Part shown: positions 10,419 to 20,554 of the stretch, piece by piece
How positions within the stretch are numbered: position 1 is the stretch's first letter
Layout: the number at the start of each line of letters is the position of its first letter
Source: Desulfatiglandales bacterium
GTDB lineage: Bacteria; Desulfobacterota; DSM-4660; Desulfatiglandales; Desulfatiglandaceae
Direction of reading: 5' to 3'
DNA: 64,000 nucleotides
Assembly (NCBI GenBank): GCA_963662465.1
Contig: OY759599.1
Location: 4,928,001-4,992,000 of the forward strand
Position numbers and translations under genes: made by a program
The notes under the pieces: model-generated
Told to the model about the DNA's origin: nothing
Databases searched by the model: none
What the model saw: only the letters and a program-made list of their open reading frames with translations

Positions 10419-11602
10419 TTTCCGGATGCCTGCTTCAATTGATGGTCAACCCAGGCCTCGTTAAAGGACACGTGCTTAATTCGTTTTCTTTTCCATGTAT
10501 AGACCAGATGGATTAACCCGTTTTGTCCCCTTATCATGTAAGGGTAAGAGAATTCCTGATCCGGGCTGTTTTCAAGGGGATGGATACGGATCCAATTAAG
10601 ACCTCGATCGCTGGAAACCGCCAGGCGAAGCGTTTCTCTGGTTTGCCGGCTGTCGTTAAAGGCCAGGAGTATGCGTCCACCGGACAAGGGCAGCGCGTCC
10701 ACCGCCGAATCCGGGTTGGGCAAATCGAGAAGGCGTGGTGAAGACCAGGTCCTACCGCCGTTTTGGGTCCGGGCCATGGCGATTTGTCTGTCCCGGGAAA
10801 GGCATCGGTAAAAGGCCAGTGCCTGTTGGGCGCCCCCCAGTGCAATGGAAGGCTGTATGAAGGATGCTCCCCCGGCCATGCGGCTTTTCCAATAGTTGAT
10901 GTCATAATTTTCTGGGGAAAAGGACATCCACAGAATCTCGGGAAAATCGCCCAGGCATTCGTGATAGATGGGAACGGCAAAGCCGTTTCTACCCCCATCC
11001 GCCATATTGACCGGCAACGGCCTGCCTTTCACCAGTTCACTGATATTGAAAAAAGGGCTGAGGGTGAGTCTTTGGCTGTCGGACCAGGTATGCCCTGCAT
11101 CCCGGGAAATCTTGACATTGAGGGAACTGCCGGACCAGCCACCCATGGTGATGGTCACATAAATCAGATAGAGTTCATCCCCCGGCCCTTTAAAAAGAAC
11201 GGGATTGCCCACTTTGCGAATATACCGGTTGAGTTCCCGGCCCGCAGACATTCGATTCACCAGGACCCTGGGACTTGACCAGGGAGCGTCAAAGCCCTGG
11301 GGCTTTTCCGTAAAGAAAATCGCCACATCCTTGGCCCCTTCCCGGGTACCTCCGTACCAGGTTGCCGCAAGCCCACCGTCGGGCATTTCACAAATGGAGC
11401 CCACATGGACGACGCCTGATGGGGAACCCGGACTGATAAATTCCTGGGACATAAAAGGGATTTGATTTCCAGAAAGATCAGCACCGGGAAGAAGAGAAAA
11501 TGATGTGTTCACCGAAGGAGCGGTGGCAAACCAGGTCCACGCCGGCCATCCATAGGCCAAAAGCGTCAAAATGCTCAAGATGGTGATGAGGCGTTTGCTC
11601 AT
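10415..11602 (-). CDS. BNR/Asp-box repeat sialidase-family protein
   Basis: Asp-boxes SRDAGHTW, TQNGGRTW, SSDRGLNW; WYGGTREG; EFSYP; N-terminal TM. Confidence 0.82.
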   Translation of the reverse strand: MSKRLITILSILTLLAYGWPAWTWFATAPSVNTSFSLLPGADLSGNQIPFMSQEFISPGSPSGVVHVGSICEMPDGGLAATWYGGTREGAKDVAIFFTEKPQGFDAPWSSPRVLVNRMSAGRELNRYIRKVGNPVLFKGPGDELYLIYVTITMGGWSGSSLNVKISRDAGHTWSDSQRLTLSPFFNISELVKGRPLPVNMADGGRNGFAVPIYHECLGDFPEILWMSFSPENYDINYWKSRMAGGASFIQPSIALGGAQQALAFYRCLSRDRQIAMARTQNGGRTWSSPRLLDLPNPDSAVDALPLSGGRILLAFNDSRQTRETLRLAVSSDRGLNWIRIHPLENSPDQEFSYPYMIRGQNGLIHLVYTWKRKRIKHVSFNEAWVDHQLKQASGK

Positions 11603-11606
11603 GGGG

Positions 11607-12617
11607 TTAACAAATTCTGGGGAGCTGCTCACCGGTTAGCATGGCAAGGATACGGTTGCCGCCGATCTTTGTTTTCAGCAGCACCCTTCCGGCATTATCG
11701 GCGGTGACTTTTCCAATGATGCGGGTTTTTTCTCCGTAGGGGTCCTGTTTCATGGCTGAAAGAATCATTTGGGCATCTTCCGGGGCGGCGATGATCAGAC
11801 ATTTTCCTTCATTGGCCAGGTAAAGGGAATCCAGGCCCAGAATTTCCGAGGCCGCCAGGACCGGCTTTGAAATGGGAAGATCTGCTTCAAAAATCTGGAT
11901 GCCCACACCCGATTGGCCGGCAATCTCATTTAGGGCCGTGGCCACCCCCCCCCTTGTGGGATCCCGCAACACATGAACGCGTTTGCTGATTTTCAGGATC
12001 GAAGCCACCAGGGTATTGAGCGAGGCGCTGTCGCTCTTAATCTGCGTTTTAAACGAAAGGCCTTCACGGCTGGTCAGGATGGCGATGCCGTGATCACCAA
12101 TATCGCCGTTAATCATCACCAGATCTCCGGGTTGGGCATTCCGGCTGCTCACATCGACACCGTCGGGAATCATGCCAATGCCAGCGGTATTGATAAAGAT
12201 TTTGTCCGCGTTTCCCTTTGGCACCACCTTGGTATCGCCGGCCACGATTTTTATGCCCGCCTCAACGGATGCCCGTGCCGCGGCATCAATAATTCTTTCA
12301 AGGTCTTTGACCGGGAAACCTTCTTCAAGAATAAGCCCAAGGGTTAGATAGAGGGGTTGGGCCCCCTGCATGGACAAGTCGTTGACAGTACCGTGAATGG
12401 ACAGGCTGCCGATGTTGCCGCCGGGGAAAAAAATGGGATCCACCACATAAGAGTCGGTGGTCATGGCCAGGTTTCGGCCGCACAACCGGATGACGGCACT
12501 GTCGTCCATCCGATCCAGGATATCATTTTGAAACCGCGGCATAAAAACGGTCTCGACCAGTTCTCGGGAGGCTTCCCCGCCGCTGCCATGATCAAGGGTG
12601 ATTTGTTTAAGGCTCAT
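11607..12617 (-). CDS. hypE: Hydrogenase maturation carbamoyl dehydratase HypE
   Basis: HGSGG, TTDSYVVDPIFFPGGNIG, GDTKVV, RDPTRGG, C-terminal PRIC. Confidence 0.95.
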   Translation of the reverse strand: MSLKQITLDHGSGGEASRELVETVFMPRFQNDILDRMDDSAVIRLCGRNLAMTTDSYVVDPIFFPGGNIGSLSIHGTVNDLSMQGAQPLYLTLGLILEEGFPVKDLERIIDAAARASVEAGIKIVAGDTKVVPKGNADKIFINTAGIGMIPDGVDVSSRNAQPGDLVMINGDIGDHGIAILTSREGLSFKTQIKSDSASLNTLVASILKISKRVHVLRDPTRGGVATALNEIAGQSGVGIQIFEADLPISKPVLAASEILGLDSLYLANEGKCLIIAAPEDAQMILSAMKQDPYGEKTRIIGKVTADNAGRVLLKTKIGGNRILAMLTGEQLPRIC

Positions 12618-12649
12618 GCTTGAAGTTTCTCCGAAATTGGGAGAGCTCT

Positions 12650-13729
12650 CTAAGGCCCATCCATGTGGGGTTCAATAATCACTTTGATGCAGTCATGCTC
12701 GGTGGGGGCGCAAACATTCCGGAACCCTGAAGGGCCCTCCGCCAGAGACAACCGGTGCGTGACCGTCTTAAGAACCGGGACGGCCTTTTCCTTAATGAGC
12801 GATAGGGCGGTTTTGCAGTCAGCGGGCGCCCCGGCATAGGTGCTGGTGAGAGTAATTTCCTTTCGCCAGAAAAGGTCGTTAAGGGCCGCGGGAAGGGTCG
12901 CGCCCTCGGGAGCGCCGGCGAAAAACAGGACAGTCCCCCCCTTTTCCACGGCTTTCATGGCCAGCGGGATAAATCCATCGAAGCAGATGATCACCAGATC
13001 CGCCAGACGGCCTTCGTTGGCCTGGCGAAGGGCGGTCAAAATGTCGTCGTTCCCATGAAGGGCAAGATCCGCCCCCATTTCCCCGGCCTTCAGCAGTCGG
13101 TAGGGAATGGTGTCAACGGCCGCAACCAGGCCCGCCCCGAGGGCGCGGGCAAGAGCCACATGAAGCAGTCCGGATATGCCGCTTCCCAGTACCAGGACCG
13201 TTTGCCCCGGCTTTAACCGAGCATTCTTTTGCCCGCGCAATACGCAGGCCAGGGGTTCCATGAATGAGGCTTCGTTATAGGTCACCTCATCGGGGATCGG
13301 AAAGGTCCCGCGGTCCACATTGATGCCGGGAACCCTCAAGTATTCGGCAAAGCCTCCCGGGTCAAAATGGGTACCGCTGAGCAAGGTGTCGCAAACCGTA
13401 TGGTGTCCCGAAAGACAGTAATGGCAGGTGTTGCAGGGAACATGATGGGTGACAGCCACCCGATCGCCGGGCTTGAATTTCTCGACCTGGGCGCCGGTTG
13501 ACACCACAATGCCAGCCACCTCATGACCCAGCACGAGGGGTACCTTGTCGCGCCGGTACCATTCCATCACATCGCTGCCGCAGATACCGCCGGCGATGAC
13601 TTTCAAAAGCAGTTCATCCGGGCCGATTTCAGGTATGGGCATTGTTTCAAGGCGGACATCTTGATTGGCGTAATACATCAATACGCGCATGGTTTCCGGA
13701 GTCATGGCGTTATTTAATAGGGTATTCAC
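12650..13729 (-). CDS. Zinc-dependent medium-chain (sugar-alcohol type) dehydrogenase
   Basis: GICGSD, GHE, CNTCHYC...C structural Zn, EPLAC, GSGISG. Confidence 0.9.
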   Translation of the reverse strand: MNTLLNNAMTPETMRVLMYYANQDVRLETMPIPEIGPDELLLKVIAGGICGSDVMEWYRRDKVPLVLGHEVAGIVVSTGAQVEKFKPGDRVAVTHHVPCNTCHYCLSGHHTVCDTLLSGTHFDPGGFAEYLRVPGINVDRGTFPIPDEVTYNEASFMEPLACVLRGQKNARLKPGQTVLVLGSGISGLLHVALARALGAGLVAAVDTIPYRLLKAGEMGADLALHGNDDILTALRQANEGRLADLVIICFDGFIPLAMKAVEKGGTVLFFAGAPEGATLPAALNDLFWRKEITLTSTYAGAPADCKTALSLIKEKAVPVLKTVTHRLSLAEGPSGFRNVCAPTEHDCIKVIIEPHMDGP

Positions 13730-14628
13730 GATTTTTCCCGCCGGGTGGTTTCAAAAAGATCAAGGGCCTGTTCCGGTGTGGCGCCGGCGTGAATGACAGC
13801 ATTCAACGCTTTCATGACGGCCAGAGGATGGGGATGTTGCCACACGTTCCTTCCCAGGTTAACCCCAATGGCCCCTTTTTGCAGTCCGTCATAAACAAAT
13901 TCAAACACTTCCAGGGCTGATTCGCATTTGGGTCCACCGGCGATGACCACCGGAACAGGACATCCCATGGCGACCTTTTCAAAGCCGTCACCGCAATAAT
14001 AGGTTTTGACGATTTTTGCGCCCAGCTCCGCTGCAATCCGGCATGAGAGCGCCAGATACCGGGCTGTCCGTTTTTCCATCTCCTTGCCCACGGCGGTGAC
14101 TGCCATAACGGGAATGCCGAAGTTTTCGCATTCATTGACGAGTTCCGCCAGATTTTCCAGGGTTTCCCGTTCGTACTCGCTTCCAACAAAAATAGAAACG
14201 CCCACGGCCGAGACATTCAGCCGCACCATCTCTTCAATAGAAGTGGTAATCACCTCGTTGGCCAAATCTTCCCCGATGACGCTGGTGCCGCCGGAGACGC
14301 GCAGGATAATGGGCGTATCGATGTCAAAATCGATTGCGGCCCTCAGAACGCCACGGGTGACAAAGAGGCCATCCGCATAGGGAGAAAGCGCTTGGATGGT
14401 TTCAGCCGGTTTTTCCAAACATCGCGTGGGCCCTTGGAAATAGCCGTGATCAATGGGAAGAAACTGGCAGTGTCCGTCCGTTCCAATCAGGCGGGAGAGC
14501 CTGTTCTTCATTCCCCAATCCAGGTTGTCAGCCCCTTTTAACCATTCCTTGCGGGCCTCTTTTTTTTCCGGCGGCATCTCATTAATTTCCCTGGCCTCCA
14601 GAATTCCTTCCGCATCCGGCATATCCAT
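13726..14628 (-). CDS. lsrF: LsrF-like thiolase/DhnA-type class I aldolase family protein
   Basis: LDWGMKNRLSR, DHGYFQGPT, AVTAVGK, RIAAELGAKIVKTYYC, VPVVIAGGPK, GRNVWQ. Confidence 0.85.
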   Translation of the reverse strand: MDMPDAEGILEAREINEMPPEKKEARKEWLKGADNLDWGMKNRLSRLIGTDGHCQFLPIDHGYFQGPTRCLEKPAETIQALSPYADGLFVTRGVLRAAIDFDIDTPIILRVSGGTSVIGEDLANEVITTSIEEMVRLNVSAVGVSIFVGSEYERETLENLAELVNECENFGIPVMAVTAVGKEMEKRTARYLALSCRIAAELGAKIVKTYYCGDGFEKVAMGCPVPVVIAGGPKCESALEVFEFVYDGLQKGAIGVNLGRNVWQHPHPLAVMKALNAVIHAGATPEQALDLFETTRREKS

Positions 14629-14781
14629 GTCCTCCCGAAAGAAGTTAAGTTTGCATTACGATTCCAATTCAAAAAAGTGGATTCTACATGGTTAAGCCAT
14701 GGGATGCAACCGGATATTCTCTTGACGCCGTCACGACAGGCGATGTATAGGCTCATAAACATCGTTAAAGAGGAATATGAT

Positions 14782-15297
14782 ATGTCGATAAACAATGGTA
14801 TTCCACCCTGTCTGATACACATTGACAAGGAGGGACAATGGTTTCACAAAGGGGTAGAGATGGTTCGACGCAAATTTGTTCGGTCGTTTTACCAGCAAAT
14901 GGAGATGGACGCCGCGGGTCGATACCTTATTCGTCAGAATGCTGATCTCTGCTATGTGGATGTGGAAGATACCGCGTTTGTGGTCAGGCGCGTATCAGCT
15001 ATCTGTGAAGGAAGCGGCAAAAGCGCCGGATTCATGCTGACCCTGAGTGATGACGCCAAAGAAGAACTGATGCCGGACACCCTGTATCTAGGAGAAGAAA
15101 ATGTCCTCTATTGCAGGGTGAAAGACCGAACTTTCCCGGCGCGCTTCAATCGCGCGGCCTATTACCAATTGGCCGCGCATATTGAAGCGGAGGGAGACGA
15201 CTATGTTTTGCCCGTCAATGGCAAAAGATTCAATATTGCCTTTGTCCCCACAAAGGGGGGGATGCCTTTAACCGGTATTCTCCCTCTACTACTTTGA
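14782..15297 (+). CDS. DUF1285-like protein
   Basis: IHIDKEGQWFHKG, VDVEDTAF, ARFNRAAYYQL. Confidence 0.75.
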   Translation: MSINNGIPPCLIHIDKEGQWFHKGVEMVRRKFVRSFYQQMEMDAAGRYLIRQNADLCYVDVEDTAFVVRRVSAICEGSGKSAGFMLTLSDDAKEELMPDTLYLGEENVLYCRVKDRTFPARFNRAAYYQLAAHIEAEGDDYVLPVNGKRFNIAFVPTKGGMPLTGILPLLL

Positions 15298-15375
15298 AAA
15301 TAAACTGAACCATTTTGTTGTCTTAATTTGAATTTATGATTCATTCGCCGTATATTTTTTTGTTTCCATTTCTAT

Positions 15376-16908
15376 TTATGCCGCCCGTTTCATGCCACCT
15401 CTTAGCTTGAAGCGTTGAATTTTGCCGGTTGCCGTTTTCGGCAGCTCGTCTGTAAAGAGAACCTGCCATGGACATTTGAATTTCGGAAGTCTGTCGGCGG
15501 CGTATTCAAGAATGGCTTTGCTTAACCCGATTCTCTCTTTTTCCGTGGCGGCATAGGCTTTTTCCGGCGACACATAAGCAAACGGTTTGACGAGTCCTTC
15601 GATTTCATGACCCACAACCGCGCATTCATTGACTGCCTCATGGGCCATCAGGACGTTTTCGATCTCCACGGGGGAAACCCAGATTCCGCCCACCTTGAGC
15701 ATGTCGTCGCCTCGTCCCTGGTAGGTAAAATACCCCTCTGATCGGTTGTACATGTCTCCGGTCCTGAACCAGCCGTCGGCGGCCATTTTGGAGAGATTTT
15801 CTTCCGGCCTGTTCCAGTAACCCGGGGTCAGGCTTTGCCCCCTGATCAGAAGCTGTCCTGTTTCACCGTCCGGCACGGGATTTCCCGCATTGTCGACAAT
15901 CTTGGCTTCAAAGCCTGGAACCAGTTTTCCCGAGCATCCTTCTTTTACATCATCCTGACGGTTTGAGATGAAAATATGAAGTGCTTCGGTGGAACCGATG
16001 CCGTCCAGAATGTTAAGGCCGGTTTTTTCCTTCCATCTCTGGAATACCTCGGGGGGGAGCGCTTCTCCCGCGGAAGCGCATGCGCGAATGGAAGGAAAGC
16101 GCGTTCCGTTCATTTTTTTCAACAGTGAATTATATTGCGTGGGCACCCCGAAAAACAAGGTGGGCTGATAGTTTGAGATGATATTCATGATCCTTTCAGG
16201 AGATGGCGGCTCGGAAAGCAGCACCGAGGAAGCGCCATGGCTGAAGGGCAGGGAAAGGCTGTTTCCAAGTCCGTAGGCAAAGAAAAGTTTGCTCACGGAG
16301 AAAACCGTGTCATTCTCGGTAATCTTGGCGATATGTTGTCCATAGGCTTTTGCAGTGAAGAACATGTCAATATGTTTGTGGGGGGTGCCCTTCGGTTTTC
16401 CGGTGCTTCCGGAACTGTAAAGCCAGAAAGCGATGTCGTCCTCATGGGCGGGATGGGTGTCCGCTTGTTCCGAGGATCGCGCAAGCCAGTCATCGAACCC
16501 ATCATCAGAAAAAATCCGGTAACAGAGGTGGCGGGTTTTGGCCTGAGCTGCTTTGCTTTTTTTCTCCGTAACCAGAACTCTGGCTTCACTGTCGTCTAAG
16601 AGGTATTCGTAGTCCCCTTTTCCCAGCATGGTGTTGATGGGAACCGGCCATGCGCCATACTTGATGCTGCCTAAGAATGCATAAACGAATGCCGGGGAAT
16701 CCGGGAGATGAATCATGACCCGATCCGTCGGCTTTACATTTAGTTCAGCCAATATATTGGCAAATCTGTTCACATTTTCAAGCACCGCGGCATAGGTGAT
16801 TTTCTCGCTGCCGCAATGCAGAGCGACCTTGTCCCCGCGCTGGTCGGCATTGTGATGGAGTAGCTCAGCAGCAATGTTAAATGTGTCTTTCGTGGCAGAT
16901 TGGTTCAT
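15376..16908 (-). CDS. Benzoate-CoA ligase family protein
   Basis: FWLYSSGSTGKPKG, LFFAYGLGNS, DGIGSTEALHIF, GRGDDMLKVGG, LPKTATGKIQR. Confidence 0.9.
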   Translation of the reverse strand: MNQSATKDTFNIAAELLHHNADQRGDKVALHCGSEKITYAAVLENVNRFANILAELNVKPTDRVMIHLPDSPAFVYAFLGSIKYGAWPVPINTMLGKGDYEYLLDDSEARVLVTEKKSKAAQAKTRHLCYRIFSDDGFDDWLARSSEQADTHPAHEDDIAFWLYSSGSTGKPKGTPHKHIDMFFTAKAYGQHIAKITENDTVFSVSKLFFAYGLGNSLSLPFSHGASSVLLSEPPSPERIMNIISNYQPTLFFGVPTQYNSLLKKMNGTRFPSIRACASAGEALPPEVFQRWKEKTGLNILDGIGSTEALHIFISNRQDDVKEGCSGKLVPGFEAKIVDNAGNPVPDGETGQLLIRGQSLTPGYWNRPEENLSKMAADGWFRTGDMYNRSEGYFTYQGRGDDMLKVGGIWVSPVEIENVLMAHEAVNECAVVGHEIEGLVKPFAYVSPEKAYAATEKERIGLSKAILEYAADRLPKFKCPWQVLFTDELPKTATGKIQRFKLRGGMKRAA

Positions 16909-16952
16909 GATATTAACCCCCTTGTAATTGAACATTATTTGGAAAGGGTAAG

Positions 16953-16968
16953 GGCAAAAAACGTGCCA
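16953..16968 (-). promoter_or_regulatory. sigma54 (-24/-12) promoter for the CoA-ligase gene
   Basis: Minus strand TGGCACGTTTTTTGCC = GG-N10-GC consensus, 45 nt upstream of ATG; adjacent NtrC-family activator. Confidence 0.85.
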
Positions 16969-17098
16969 CTGAGCGCAGTTAGGATGAAGCCATTGTGATA
17001 TCAGCCTGTTATAATATTCATTGGGATAAAACCCGGAGAAAGGGACTTTCAATGATGAAAAGCTTTTTAAAAAGGGGTTTTAAAAATTGAAAGGGGGG

Positions 17099-18484
17099 TT
17101 ACGGGGTGTGCAGGCGGCGTTTACTGGGGATCTTGTAGTTTTTCATCTTTTTGGTCAAGGTGGGGCGTGAAATACCCAGGCGCTCACAGGCTCGACCGTA
17201 ATGCCAGTGAACTTCGTTTAAAACCCGGAAAATGAGATCTTTCTCCGTCTGGGGCACTTCAGATCGGTCCGCTTCCGATTCCCATCCGGTCTTTCCATCC
17301 GCTCCGGGTAAAAGAGAAGCGACCTCATCTTCTGCAATGATGTCGCCTTTGGTCTTAAGGGCCGCTTTGGTGAGGATGTTTTCCAGTTCACGGACGTTCC
17401 CCGGCCACGGGTAATCGGTCATCCTCCGAACCGCCCCGACATCCACCCCCGCAATCCGGTTATGAAGCTCGGCATTGATCTTGGCCACAAGATATTCAAT
17501 GATCAGGGGAATATCACTTTTTCGTTCCCTGAGGGGTGGGATATGGATCGTGGCCACGCTCAGGCGGTAAAAGAGATCCTCCCTAAACCGCCCCTCCCGG
17601 ACCATGGAAAGAAGCTCCCGGTTTGTGGCGGCGATCACCCTTGCCTTCAATGGCAAGATCTTTTCTCCACCGACCCGCTGAAACTCCCGTTCCTGTAAGA
17701 CCCTTAACAGCTTCGCCTGGAGTTCCATCGGCATTTCCCCCACCTCGTCGAGGAATACGGTCCCCTGTTCGGCATTCTCAAACAGCCCTTTTTTTGAGGA
17801 AACGGCGCCGGTAAAAGCGCCTTTTTCGTGGCCGAAGAGTTCGCTTTCCAGAAGATTTTCGACGATGGCCGAACAGTTGATGGCCACAAAGGGTTGATCT
17901 TTGTGTGAACCGTGAAAATGAATGGCCTTTGCCACCAGTTCCTTGCCGGTTCCGGTTTCTCCCTGAATCAGAACCGTTACCCGGTTCTGGGAAAGAACGC
18001 CCATGGTTTTGAAGATTTCATTCATTTCCCTGGTCTTACCGATAATTTCGCCTTTTTGAAAATTTTTGGCGGGGCGTCTTGCCTTAGGATGATGGGTTTG
18101 TTGCATTTTTGAGAGTTCCAGTGCCCGGGTAATGGCTCCTTCCAGCTCATCCACGTCAATGGGTTTGGGGATGTATTCGAAGGCGCCCGCCCGGATGGCC
18201 TTGATGGTGGTGCCCATGTCGTGAAAAGCGGTCACGATGATCACATGGGGGGAATTTTCGCCGTTCCTCAGTTCTTCCAGGATTTCAATTCCGTTTCCGT
18301 CCGGCAGCCGGACGTCAAGGATTACCAGATGAGGCGCAAAGGAAGAGACCTTTTCGATGCACTCCTTTCCGTTGACGGCGCAGGCAATGTCAAACCCCTT
18401 GTCCCGCAGATAGACCTCCAGCAACTCCAGAGAGGAAGGTTCGTCATCCACAATGAGAATTTTCGCTTTTTCGGGCTCCGGCAT
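17099..18484 (-). CDS. sigma54-dependent response regulator (NtrC family)
   Basis: REC domain (VDDE, LDVRLP), GETGTGKE, ESELFGHEKGAFTGA, WPGNVREL, Fis-type HTH. Confidence 0.95.
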   Translation of the reverse strand: MPEPEKAKILIVDDEPSSLELLEVYLRDKGFDIACAVNGKECIEKVSSFAPHLVILDVRLPDGNGIEILEELRNGENSPHVIIVTAFHDMGTTIKAIRAGAFEYIPKPIDVDELEGAITRALELSKMQQTHHPKARRPAKNFQKGEIIGKTREMNEIFKTMGVLSQNRVTVLIQGETGTGKELVAKAIHFHGSHKDQPFVAINCSAIVENLLESELFGHEKGAFTGAVSSKKGLFENAEQGTVFLDEVGEMPMELQAKLLRVLQEREFQRVGGEKILPLKARVIAATNRELLSMVREGRFREDLFYRLSVATIHIPPLRERKSDIPLIIEYLVAKINAELHNRIAGVDVGAVRRMTDYPWPGNVRELENILTKAALKTKGDIIAEDEVASLLPGADGKTGWESEADRSEVPQTEKDLIFRVLNEVHWHYGRACERLGISRPTLTKKMKNYKIPSKRRLHTP

Positions 18485-18487
18485 GAC

Positions 18488-20026
18488 TTATGGGCTCCCA
18501 TTTGCGGTCCGGTCCGGATCCGACGGCAAAGGCAAGCGCATGGTGAAGCGCATGCCCCCGTCTGTATCGTAAGACGCCTGTATCATACCCCTGTGAGCTT
18601 CGATGATCCGGCGGGCGTTGGCGAGTCCCAGGCCCGTGCCTTTGGCCTTCTTGCTGAAAAAAGGGTCGAAAATGGAGGGTAGATCCTCAGGACTCACACC
18701 GCGCCCATCGTCTGTGATGGCAACCTCCACCGCTTTCATCTTCCGCCTGTATCGGGCGGAGATGTGGATGTTGCCTTCTTTTTCCACCGCCTCAATGGCG
18801 TTTTGGAGAAGGTTTATCACCGCCTGTTCCATTTTCTCCCGGTCCATGGATATGGATGGGAGATTTTTTGAAAACAATCGCGTCACATGGATCCCCTTTT
18901 GATAAATCTTCGCATCCAGAACCTCCAAACAATCGTCAATGACGCTGGTGACGACGCCGGGCATAAACACGAACTGGATGGGCCTCGCCAGGTCCAGCAT
19001 TTCGGTTACAATCCTCTCCAGGCGGGAAATCTGCTGAGACAAAATTTCCAGTCGACGTCTGTCCGTACCTTCATAAACGGCATTTTTGAGGATCATCTGG
19101 ATGCTCATCTTGGCGGAAGAAAGAGGATTTCGGATTTCGTGGGCAAGGGATGTGGTCACGCGACCGATGCGGGCGAGACTCTCAGCTTCCCGAACCCGCT
19201 TTTCTATGGTCATACGCTCCGTAATATCACGGCATATCCCGATGAAGGCCGTCTTTCCCTGGTAGGATGCGAGGGTCGCGGTGTTTTCCGTGGGAAGCGC
19301 CATTCCGTCTCTGTGCAGCCGGAAATAAACATACTGGTCTTTCAAAACCCTTTCTTCGGTTCCCCCTTCACAGATCCGGCGAACTTCCTGTCTCGACTCA
19401 GGGGCAATAAAATCCATAAACGCTTTGCCGATCACCTCTTTTTTTGTGTACCCGTGCATAACACAAAATGCTTGGTTGGCAAAGAGAATCCTTCCCTGCT
19501 GATTCACAAAGTAGCCGTCTCTAATCTTTTCCACCAGGGTTCGATATTTTGACTCTGATTCGGCCAGTTGTTGGGTGCGCATTGCCACCTTAACCTCGAG
19601 CGCCTGGGAATACGCTCTGATCTCCGCCTCGTGCAACGCCTGAAAATAATCGCTGAATTGATAAAGGGTGTAACAGAGACACGAATTAATCTGCTCCATG
19701 GCGGGTATAAGGCTTTGTGCATCCAGCTCACGGCCAAGGATCGGCAGCAGGATGGTTCTGTAGAGTTCAAAGGCTTTTTGGACTTCGGACAGGGAAAACC
19801 CTTCTTTTGAACGGATCCGGCTGATCCACTCGATGACCGCATCTATTTTGGAATAATCATGGTAGGCAATCACCGCAAAATTGGCGTCGGCAGCGGCCGA
19901 ACAGGTCCGGTAAAGCACCTCGGGGGACTGGGCCGAATAGGTGGGACTAACATCTTTGTGAAGCTTCTCCACCCACTGGCCGATGATTTGGTCCCTGTTG
20001 TGAATCAGAATTCCTGGAATGTTCAT
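18488..20026 (-). CDS. PAS-domain sensor histidine kinase with N-terminal RsbRD/globin-like helical domain
   Basis: PAS, LAHEIRNPL H-box, NLLQNAIEA, DDGRG, GTGLGL; no TM segments seen. Confidence 0.9.
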   Translation of the reverse strand: MNIPGILIHNRDQIIGQWVEKLHKDVSPTYSAQSPEVLYRTCSAAADANFAVIAYHDYSKIDAVIEWISRIRSKEGFSLSEVQKAFELYRTILLPILGRELDAQSLIPAMEQINSCLCYTLYQFSDYFQALHEAEIRAYSQALEVKVAMRTQQLAESESKYRTLVEKIRDGYFVNQQGRILFANQAFCVMHGYTKKEVIGKAFMDFIAPESRQEVRRICEGGTEERVLKDQYVYFRLHRDGMALPTENTATLASYQGKTAFIGICRDITERMTIEKRVREAESLARIGRVTTSLAHEIRNPLSSAKMSIQMILKNAVYEGTDRRRLEILSQQISRLERIVTEMLDLARPIQFVFMPGVVTSVIDDCLEVLDAKIYQKGIHVTRLFSKNLPSISMDREKMEQAVINLLQNAIEAVEKEGNIHISARYRRKMKAVEVAITDDGRGVSPEDLPSIFDPFFSKKAKGTGLGLANARRIIEAHRGMIQASYDTDGGMRFTMRLPLPSDPDRTANGSP

Positions 20027-20420
20027 GTATGGCTCCAATCCGGTACAACGCTCGCAGCTCTTTTTGGGTCGGGTGCAATACAAAAAAATGAAAGCATAAA
20101 AAAGAGTCATCAAACCTGAGAATTTCAGGAATTATGCTGAAACGGACATTTTCTGGCTTGTTTTCTTTTTGGAACCGCTGCCTGGAAAATTAAGATTCGC
20201 GATCGGTGGATAGGCTGGGTGACGGATGTTCGCAAACGAAACCTTGGTTTGCAACAACACACGTTTTTTGATTTCAAATTCTTCGCTAACAGAACAAAAG
20301 GGGCAAAGCCGCCAAGATCGCGACAATAAACTCAAGATTTCAATTAAAGACATTTTTTGAAGTAGCTGCCAATGCTTGGGTGCAACACAAAAAAGTTGTG
20401 CGGGCGAACCCAAGCATAAT

Positions 20421-20445
20421 GGCGGACACACAGGTCCGCCCTTAC
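20421..20445 (-). repeat. REP-like palindrome (GTAG/GTAA family)
   Basis: GGCGGACACACAGGTCCGCCCTTAC, a compensatory variant of the copies at 24367 and 28127. Confidence 0.7.
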
Positions 20446-20554
20446 CAGCATATTGCGAACCAAAAGATGGGGGTGGGTAGGAGCCAAAAACCGAGCAACG
20501 AATTTGAGCGTTTTTGACCCTTTTTAGACACCCTACCTTTAATCGTCTGATCCA

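Noticed and set aside
20460..20540. Possible IS end (TTTTTAGACACCCT)
   Set aside because: No matching second end or transposase found.
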